A stretch of 61,511 bases of DNA, filler included, from Sphacelaria rigidula (lineage: Eukaryota), in NCBI GenBank assembly GCA_964200075.2. It is 4 parts of 4 records of this genome, joined end to end, with 100 filler letters (N's around TTAATTAATTAA, not from the genome) between each part and the next. Parts side by side here need not be neighbours in the genome. Positions count along the whole stretch, not along the records: positions 46,211 to 61,511 come from CAXNAA020001811.1; 3 more parts are not named here. One strand, 5' to 3'. A program made the translations under genes and the position numbers. The notes below the pieces were generated by a model. It was not told the DNA's origin. It made no database searches and saw only the letters and a list, made by a program, of their open reading frames with translations. Each line of letters starts with the position of its first letter. Positions within the stretch are counted from its first letter, which is position 1. Below are positions 51,853 through 61,511 of the stretch, one piece after another.

Positions 51853-52573
51853 TCGTAACGCTTGCGAGCTACATCGAAGAGTAGTACACGAGAGAAAACT
51901 CAAAATAATTCGCGATACTTTGAACTGGAGGTGCTATATAGTCGAAATGATTGGACATGCAGGCAAGATCACAACATGCGCAACGTGCGCCCGGAGAGGT
52001 GACGGAAAGCAATGGCACGCTGCCGTTTCGGACAGTTCTAGTTCAAACGAGCACGATGCCGGTTCCGCGAATGAATGCGGCCTGTGTGAGGTCGAGAGGT
52101 GGCATCTCTCACGGTCACAGGGTCCACCGAGACGTCCAGCGAGGAAATCCATCAAACGGAACGCATCGCGACCTCAAAACGTCAAGCAGAACACAGCGCG
52201 GAATGCGCATGAAATCCAAGCCCAAGCAGAACCAGAATGCAACCTAATATCCAGCGAAATGCAAGCGAAGAGGCTGATATCTACAATCAGCGATAAAGTG
52301 TACCCTAAACCCAAGTGAAGAAATGCTGGCTTCTCAGAGCCTCACAGAACGAAATAGCCGCCGAACATATGTCTAAATATCAGTAAAATCGAGTGAACAA
52401 ATGAAGCAAGACGGCACCTGTCTGCAGGGAAGCCGTTACATCATCTATATTGCCCGCCAGATACGTCCAACATGTCGACGCGTCACGTGTTCAATGCCTA
52501 TTGGCCGAGCCGTATGTCAAGGTTCGCGGCATGCAATATTCATTAACTGAACAATACACGACATACGCATCAA

Positions 52574-52881
52574 CATATAACAAGGTTTTCGTGAGATTGA
52601 GAGTAGAGCGCGGATTGAGAGTGGCTGTGCTCGTTCGCTTCAACCTAGCCAATCTTTCATTCTGTGTGTGCTTTTCTTTGCCTAGATCACTGCCGTGTGC
52701 TTACAGCTACGCGTCGACATCCTACTCAGGGATACCGAGCGCCTCAGTGGCAAGCTACTACAGAAAGAATAATGGGCCTCGTGGAAGGGCATTTCGGGAC
52801 TGAAACGATACATTCACTGATAGACCGCTTTCCACTCTCAATTGCATCTTCTACTCTCAATCTCACGAAAGTATTGTCATG
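52574..52881. mobile_element. Intact ~300-bp MITE
   Basis: TIR TTTCGTGAGATTGAGAGTAGA / TCTACTCTCAATCTCACGAAA. Confidence 0.8.
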
Positions 52882-53065
52882 TATTGGCCGAGAAACATAT
52901 TGATGCGGTAAGGCGCCAACATGTATTTGTCAAGCAATATATTTGGCTGTCACACGAGGTCAATATATGACTACGATTCAATACACTCAACACCCGAAGC
53001 GGCAGTATATACTGCCCTCCCGATATGTCATCCGTCGATGCGTCCGACATATTCCGGGCGAACAA

Positions 53066-53213
53066 AACACGAGGCCGATACGTGTGCCATCCCCAGGGTT
53101 GATTAATTGATTGATTGATTGTCGCAATTCAACGGACTCCCCAGGAAACACGAGGTCAATACGTGTGACTTCCCCAGGGTTGATTAAGTGATTGATTGAT
53201 TGTCGCAATTCAA
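53066..53213. repeat. Short tandem duplication with (GATT)n
   Basis: AACACGAGG.C.ATACGTGTG...TCCCCAGGGTTGATTAA.TGATTGATTGATTGTCGCAATTCAAC occurs twice. Confidence 0.8.
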
Positions 53214-53413
53214 CTGACCCCCCTGGGTATCACTATATATTAGGCGGGCAATACGTGTACAGTCCGAGGGTACTTGTACATATTACACCGGCAATACATC
53301 GCCATACGCCGCCACGCCCCGGTGGTGTGAGTTAAGATAGTCTGACCATCGCCACTACGGTCCGAGAGAACCAAGATTCGGCGCCTGGCGCGTTGGGGGT
53401 TGTCTTCGAAATA

Positions 53414-53885
53414 TAGTACCTAAAGTTGAAAGTGACACGGGTTGTTTTTGGTTCTGTTCTCGGAACTGCTAGCGTCCGTGGATTTTGGCACAGTGCAGAG
53501 ATCGTCCTCAGAACACGGTGCCCAACCTACTGTTGGTTGTTGTCGGGTGATACGAGTGGATACCCCGTTTATCAGGAAGGTGTAGTTGACCGTAAAACAC
53601 AGTTTTTTGGTTCTGGTGCAATGAGTAGGTAGAATGTGACGAAGACGGGCCTTCCCATTTTCTTACAACTACGTTCGGGACAGGCTCGATCCACCGAAAA
53701 TACCGGAGGTTCAGAATCTGGAGCTCAAAAGTGGCAGGATCCCAAAAGACCGGTCAGCCCGTAAGTCACCCAATATCGAACACAGATGATTTATTTCCTC
53801 ATGGAATGTGGAGCAGATACTGGTATCTTCAGGTCGCTCACTACGAAGAAATGACCAAATATCCTCCTTTGAACTTGAGGTACTG
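53414..53885 (+). mobile_element. Family A core with a third TIR type
   Basis: TAGTACCTAAAGTTGAAAG...CTTTGAACTTGAGGTACTG flanking the same core. Confidence 0.7.
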
Positions 53886-54142
53886 TCTCTCATTTCTACC
53901 GTCGAAAGCAGTAGACTTCACCACTCGGTAGTTGACAGATAGTTCTCGGAAAATTATGGTTTGTGGACAGGTGCAGTATGGACTGTAGTGTGGACACCGA
54001 AATCCGGATCTTCGGAGGGGCTATGCTCCTGGCGTGCGCAGAACGCGTTTTTCTGGGGCGCCGACTTGAAGTCTGGCAAAGCACACTTTGCCTATGGAAC
54101 ACGTTGCACTTCCCTTGCCCGAGGGTTCTCGGTGTGTCTCCG

Positions 54143-54176
54143 TTGGGGTTGGGGTTAGGGTTAGGGTTAGGGTTAG
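54143..54176 (+). repeat. Interstitial telomere-like tract (TTGGGG)2(TTAGGG)3
   Basis: Seen directly, at the end of a dispersed repeat. Confidence 0.75.
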
Positions 54177-57100
54177 TGTTATTCGAAATGCATCAGCACC
54201 TGCACAAACCATAAATTTCCGAGAAATATCTGTCAACTACCGAGTGGTAAAGTCACCTCGTCGAAAGCGTCAGTACGTGAGTAAACAAAGGTGGCTGTCT
54301 GAGTTTGTTTGACGGGAGTTGACGCAGTGCGGGAGTGCTGATGGTCATGATCCACTCCGCGAGGCCGAAATGCAACGCGTGTACGGGGGAGAGATGGGCT
54401 GTCCCTTGAGACCACGGACTCATGCCGAGGAAGGGGAGGGGTTCAAAGTGCGACAAGAAGAAAGAAAAATCCATTATGATCGACCGATGTATATATATTG
54501 GGAACATATTATATCGTGCCGGGTGTGGACACAACTAAAGGCCAACCCACTCAATTCACCCACACCAACTAGCAGGTGGAAGATCAGGTGGACCGAGCGT
54601 ACGCGACGACGGCCATACGCAACAATGGTAGCGGCTGCCACTCCTACTTCCCTCTCTTCCAGATATGGCTAGCAGCAGCAGCATCTGGGGCAAAGGCCGC
54701 CGGCAACAACCGCACACGATTTGGTGTGCACCTGGCTTCGGATGGCATATCTCTCGCCTTTACACTCCACTCCACTGTACCGTACTGAACTGAATTGTAC
54801 AGTGCCGTACTGTACTGTGCGCTCGTCTTTAGCCGCCACTCCCCAAAACGCATCGTTGCTGCTCTGACCATCGGTAATGGGGTTAGATTCAGATTTGAAG
54901 ATGACTTTACTGTGCCGTGCGATGTGATGCTGCGCTGCGCTTCACCACCAAGGTACTGTACAGTACTGTACTGACGGTAGTACCACCTCTGAGCTGTGAG
55001 GTATGCATGGAATGAATCCACCCTCTTGAGGCTTTAAGACCTACGCGCTTGGTTTCGATCGGATACAACAATCTCTGCACTGACGACCAGCCAGAAAAAT
55101 GCATCCGTAGTCGTTCGCAATTGGAGTGAAGACTATCCCCGCGAAACTGCAGGTATATTTTTTCGGCCCGCTGCGAGCGCGGAAGCTAGAGCATTCAAAT
55201 ACCTAACCCGTGTTTGCGTTTCAGGAGTTGTCATACGCTTTTTCGTCTCGGTTTGAGTTTAGGCTTACATTTCCACAGATTTTAGATGCAGACAGTGCAG
55301 ACGCTTGTATTTTCGGAACAGTTTATTCTTCGTAGTCGACGGCAAGGGTGCGGGGTACGTAGCAGCCAAAGTCCGATGGATACACTTGGGAAGTATTTCG
55401 CATAAGGCAATATCTTTGATACTTTACGCAGTACACTTGGTACATTGCTGTTCATCGTCCAGGGTGTGAGATATCATCACTTGGGTCGAGAAGAACTTGC
55501 GCGGAAATTTGTTAACTGATATTGGCGTAGACACCGACCTCCGGGGCTTTCGTGGGGCTAACAGACCCAGGTGCTCTACAATAACGTGTGGAGGACGCGG
55601 GTTTGGTCCAAATCGGGGTCGCATGCCCTCATTCGAGATCTGGTAGAGCATGCTCTGCCTGGAACACACTCTGCATCCCCATTACCTGAGAGTACACGGT
55701 ATGCCTCGGGTTGGGGCTAGGCTGGGCGTTATTTTTCAATAATGCATTTCCCAGAAAAATCTTCGGAGTCACCACACCGGGTGATATTACGAGCTCATGG
55801 GGCAGGTTCTATTTGAGGGGGATTCTTCCTTTTCAAAAGGTGACTTTCGGGAAGAGATTGCCCTCACCATGCGAGGTCAATAGTCTCATGACTATGGCAT
55901 GCATTATCATGAGTACAGCCCCCTCAGCGACCAGTCTGTGCCGTATCGAGAAGCACCTCTTGTACCGATCAAAGCCCGCATCTGCACACAGCTTCAGAAA
56001 TGCGGCGGTTCCTGAAGTGGTCGTCCGTACTGTATCTCTGTACTGCTACACACTAGACGCAACAAGGTGAGACCATACCCAAACACATGGTCCCGACGAA
56101 AACACGTTCAGACACCCACCCCTCACGCGCATTTGCTCTAGGGCTAGCCCTTGCTCATCTACACACTGCGTGATTGTTTAGTGTAAGGCTCATGCTTATT
56201 GACATTTTTCTTCAAGAGATCTCTGGGAGGGTCGAGGGTTCGAGACCCAGCCTTCAAAACTCTCCAAAAATGGAGCATCCCGATTCATTCTCCGGAGCTT
56301 CACATTTGGAGAAGTCTGCACACTACGGACTGTAATGCAACACTGCGCAGACCTGTCTTGTGCGCACGGAATTATCAGGAACCTCGCCAGTAACTCCGGA
56401 CGTCATGTCGGAGAGCAAAAAGCACCCTGGGTTGGCGGTGTCTAGTCTTTTTACACGCTGTGTGCGTCGGCAGCAGTTGTTGTGCTGTTGGGGTTGAGTA
56501 CGGTCGTCATCGTTTGTCGACACACACACTTTCGAAGTGAAGAGCAGCGGCAATCCAGCAGTGACTTACTTGCGTGCTGCACTGCTACAAGCGTACGCTA
56601 CCGCACTGTCTGTAAAGCCTACAGCAGGTAGTGTGGTGCATGTATTTACGCATACAACTGAACGAAAGTGTGCATGCTGCAAACTTTGCACTGAGCGTTC
56701 GAGTGAACTCACCAATAGAAACGATCCAAGAGGGCGAGATACCTGAGCCATTTTCAGACACAACCCATGCATCAGTCCGCGCAGCTACAACAGCAAAGTA
56801 CAGGATCCTGACTCATGTATTTGGCCGTGGAACAGACCGTGTGGTCATAACCAAGAACGTTCATACTATAATGAAGCAACGCGTCCAACAGTCCTTCCAA
56901 CCATCTTGTTGAGCATTTCTACGGTCAGAATATTTGTGTGTTGCTGCTGCATTCCGGGAGGGTCGATCGATCACGCCCTTGCCTTTCCCACACCCCCCCC
57001 CCCCCTGTTTCACAGGGGTTGCAAGAAACATGTCTACCGCGGATTTGAACGCTATACACAGGCAGGCAGCAGCACCTTGTCCTTCATTTTGCCGGCAAAG

Positions 57101-59161
57101 GCAAACCAACAAGATCAGCACTATGTCAATGATGGCTTATCTGGCAGCAACGGTAGGACTCTAAAATAACGCGTCGTTTGGATCTTTTCAAAACTTTAGG
57201 GTTCCTCCAAAAACACATTTGTCGACAACAATGAGACTCAGCCTGTTGTGTATTGGAGGACTCGCGGCCGTGTGCGTGTGAAGTTACAGTAAACACGAAG
57301 AAGTGCCGTTACTGAACGTCTGTGTGCGCGGGCTGTGCAGGCGTCCCACACAAACAACCGTTTCTCATGGCAGTTCTCAAAAGATTCGAGCAAGGTCACG
57401 CACAACGTCAGTATTGCGCCTTTTCAATGAAATGAAGGCGATCATTTTGAAGGTTCAGCGCCCGAACACAGCACACCAGGCATCTCATGATGCTTAAACT
57501 TCCGGTTTGACACTTTCTACGATAGCCTCCCCCCCAAAAGTGCATGGTTTTGGAAGGCAAAATCTTCACATGAGTCGAAATGCGAAAAGCCGAGCACAAC
57601 GAGCAGCTGGGAATTCACACGCTTGGATTCGTTTTAGCCAATGTCGCCAGTATGAGGCGCTTCATGTGGCCTGAACCCCAGCATCAGGCGCTGTATGGTC
57701 ATTCTCTTGTGACACTTTTCGGCTGGTTCTGGGGGGGGCTATCGCAGAAAGTGTCGTTTGTGCAGCTTTAAGCCGTATGTGGGTGTTGTCGCAGCGGTTT
57801 CGGCGACCCAAGGGGTTCTGTGCGCTGCGCGACTTAGAAGGATGATGATTTACGTTCCTAAACTGTTCCGAAATTCTCCCAACTTTTTCTCGACAATCCT
57901 ATAAGGAAACGATATCACATCTGCGTTGAGGCACCAACACATGTTGCCAGCATTCTTGTTTGCGTCGGCAGCGTAAAGGTTGACGGTGGGAGTGACACCG
58001 GCAACCACCAGCCAGCCTTTGTCATAGGTCAGGGGCAGGTGCTCTTGTGTTTCTGATGTCGTGTCGCGCAAGGCGCGGTGGTACAGCCGAGCCAAAGAGA
58101 AGCGTGTTCTACGACAAGGCTATCGCGAAGTTCTTCGGAAAGGGGACAATGCCGTGTTACGGACACTGCCAGACTTCAGCTGCCAGAGGCCCCGACGGCC
58201 TGACGAGGATGGGGCGGTCGCTGTAGTCTCCTGGTGTCAGATTATCAGAATCGACCTGAAATCCTAATCCACAACGCTCAAATGGGAGTACCTTGAGTTT
58301 TCTTCCGCCATGCACTTGATCGATGTATTGCCGAGTATTTTTTGCCATGTGCAATTTTCAATTCCTATGGACGAATTGAGGGAATTCTAGCCCCACCGAG
58401 GCGTGGTTAGCATCGGCTAGAAGCACATACCGTAGTGTTGACTGTATTGTGTATTACCCTGCCGCAATACAAGTCGTGTTTCAAATACTTCCTCCGCAGT
58501 GACATGCATACTTTGCCATCCGGCCGTCTGAGCCTTCCACAGCGTCTGTAGCGATAAGTCGCCATGCTCGCGAAGAGACCTCTCCTCCAAGCACGCCTGC
58601 CACCCTTTCTCGGCATATTAGACACCTTGGAGAATGATCACCTCGAACGACAGCCGGGGGTCATGAACTCTAATTCGCTCAACTGACTGCAAAATATAGA
58701 TGGGCAAGACTGACGTGCTCAACTGAAGAGGAGCTGCGAGCGGTGTGTTTTTGGTATGCGAAGGCACTTCCTCAGCTTTACCGTTCATTGTGTCAGGTTT
58801 TGTGGCAAGTCTTCATATGTATCCCTGGTAACGGGACATGTATGTTTCCCCTCAAGGTGTCCGGAATCAACCCTTTTGAAAGGGGAGTTTTGGGCAAGTC
58901 TGGGGGGGTGATATCACAGCGACCAACCAGCGGTCGTTTGTTGACAATATGGATTTTGAACAACGGGATAACCCTCAACTCTCTGAACGAGAACCCGCCA
59001 ATGACGGCGCACCGGTAGTTTTAGGTCTTGGATGGGATTCTAGGACTAGAAAGGAAGTTGGCTATGGAGAGGGTGGCAAAATTCAAGAGACAGGTAACCT
59101 TACTTTGATGTATACAACCCTACCGTGGCATGTGATGCACAAGACGCATTTATCCCTACTA

Positions 59162-59762
59162 CAGTAGTCAGCGTCAGAAGTATGCAGAATTCGTAGTTTC
59201 TTAGTTTCCCAAAGATTTTCAAAATCTGTTTCGCTTGCCACCGCTCATCACAGTGACTGTTGGACGCCAAAAAATGGGCATCAGAAGATAGTTTAATCCT
59301 CTTGACAACTATTGAAAGAAAAATATCTGCGATCAATATTGAGTGACTTACGGTCTTCACCGATCTTCGGGGGTCCTGCGGAATTGCCACCCCAGGTTCT
59401 AGGTTTTTGGTATTTCCAGGGGACCGACTCGATCCCCATCATACAAGTGAAGACTCAAAAAATATTATTTTTTTGAAATTTCACCTTTCACTGCGCTAAA
59501 GCCGGAAAACGGTGTTTCTTGGATCATATACGGTCAATAACACCCTCCTGATAAATGAAGTCTGTACTCCGTATCGCCCCCACAACATCAACTTGGGCAT
59601 AGTGATTTGAGCACGGTCTGCTTATTTTCCCAAAACTATCAACGCTAGCACTTTCGAGTGCTCATGGAAGATGTTATGCGAAATAAACCCGAAAAGAGGT
59701 CATCCGCAGAAAATGCCAGACTGACGTTTGTGCAGTATAGGAGGGAAACACGATTTTGATCG
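59162..59762 (-). mobile_element. Family A MITE, reverse copy of about 43420-44023
   Basis: TA|CAGTAGTCAGCGTCAGAAGTATGCAG, colinear in reverse with 43420-44023. Confidence 0.8.
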
Positions 59763-61511
59763 ATAGTCCACTTCTTGAAGACTGAAAAAAGTCTCTGAGA
59801 AACGTCGTTTTGGTGAGTCTCTAGAGACTTTTTTCAGAACGCGACCTTATAGGGCCATTTTTCATGAAAAAAGCCTATGGAAATTGGCGAAATGTGCAGA
59901 CAGCGGGATTTTGACAAATCTCTCTGCGAAAAGCCATCGAATCACTCTCAGTCTGCGAATTGTCGTTCCATCACACATCCCTCGCACACCGCACCCGCAA
60001 TGGTACAGTCAGTGCTCCATCACACACTCCTCGCTTACAAGCGTAGTACAGTCCAAAAGTAGTTGCCCATGTTGTATGTATAGTGCAGTGCCAACAGCAT
60101 AACTGCTGGAGCACTACGTGCATCCCTTTCATGACCGTAGAACCAGAGACAGATAATACAGACAGTGCAGTGTTTTTTTTCCGGCAGCGTTACTACCGTA
60201 AAATAGCACGATGTCGCCGCTGCTGGCTGCGTTGACTCTGCTCGTGTCGTTTCATGCTCGTCGTGCCCGCCACCGATCACGGACTCGGCAGTTTTCTGCG
60301 TACTCACACGGTTGCTACCGCACTACTAACTGTCACGTGATTTTTTTGTGTGCGGTATGGCACAAACCGTCTGCTGCACACAATGCGCCGCTTGCGACAC
60401 GACTACTGTACCAAGCGGCGAGCGGCTGAAGTAAGGGTTGATACCCCCATCATTTCGATCCTTACTATACCAGTAGCTACTGTGCGTGTGAGCGTGTGTG
60501 TGCGTGTGTGCGTGTGTGGTGCCATCCCATCCATGCTGTACCTTGATGGGATTATTTACGTGTTGGTTTACCACTGGCTCGCCGCAGGTGGCACAAGCAC
60601 AAAATGCAAACGATGACCACTACCAGCGTGGCACGCAGGCTAGATGATGGCCTCGGGTGTACAAATCCCCAGGATTTTTTCGTAGACTATAAGGTGGGAT
60701 TCTGAAAACTGATTTCTCTGGAGAAAGTCTCTGAGAAAAGTCATTTTGGACGACTTTCCTCAGAGACTTTTTTCAGTATATAAGAAGCGGCCTTAGGCCG
60801 TTTCTTCCGGTTGGTTATTTTCCCTCGTATTTCGCAACATATTACGAGAAAAAAATGCCGCTGGTAAAATACTACGAGAGATGTTGACCCTAGCTTACGG
60901 TTGCAGATATATTTTTGAGGGGGGTGGGTACCAAAAGGGTGGGGGGATACCACAAAAAAAACGGTCAGCGGAAACCGAAGGGACGTGCAGGCCAAGGCGA
61001 GGTACGAAGACCTGAAGACTTTGCCGTGCCAAGCTTCTTGTGTTTATGTAACAGTATCTGAAGCATAGACCTCCCCCGATCGCTGCTGGCCCAGCTCGCA
61101 CTGTGTGCAACTTGCCATCTTCAATCTATACTGCCATATCACGTACGCAGCAGTACAGACCAAAGTACTGTCCTGTCTAGTACTGTCTCTACTGCACTCC
61201 TCCACATCAATTCTAGTGCAGCCGTTGTATATTACCGTCTCCAACTGTGCGCATGTACACTGCCGTATGCGGCAGGCAGAACAGGCAGTACTATACTGCT
61301 TAGTTTTGTCTGTACGGCACGTTGCCCTCATCATCATTAGCACAGCCGTTGTACTACTCGCAAACTAACCTTTTCATCCTACTACATTGTTGTACTGTTG
61401 GATGCGGCAGTACAACCCACGTAGTGTCTGCACTGCACGTCGCCCAAATAATTTTCGGCAGCCGTCGGGTGCAGCATGGCATGTGGATCCTACTGTTCAA
61501 TCGGCAGTACA

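Noticed and set aside
51611..52318. 235-aa ORF as a transposase
   Set aside because: It starts inside a non-coding MITE fragment and shows no DDE or other recognisable motif.
43420..59762. Giant element bounded by 600-bp inverted repeats
   Set aside because: The two copies are on different contigs and are independent MITE insertions.

Overview
This is eukaryotic genomic DNA rich in introns and transposons. The long introns, tRNA-derived SINEs and TTAGGG tract suggest a brown alga or similar stramenopile, but that is inference. The window is four contigs of about 15.3 kb (15306, 15302, 15302 and 15301 bp, in descending order) joined by identical 100-nt N/TTAATTAATTAA linkers, so adjacency across the linkers is probably artificial. 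Contig 1 carries a complete 4-exon RPS24 (eS24) gene, head-to-head with the first two exons of a Ser/Pro-rich, MCM4-like gene. Contig 3 carries the first exon of an unidentified gene. The rest is mostly non-autonomous transposons (Tc1/mariner-like, CACTA-like and piggyBac-like MITEs, Helitron-like ends, SINEs) plus mini- and microsatellites. The most notable items are an intronic array of a conserved ~80-nt self-complementary motif in RPS24 intron 2, a nested insertion whose empty site can be reconstructed, a MITE family with one core and three different TIR pairs, and a ~440-bp foldback. No CRISPR array, rRNA or intact transposase was seen.
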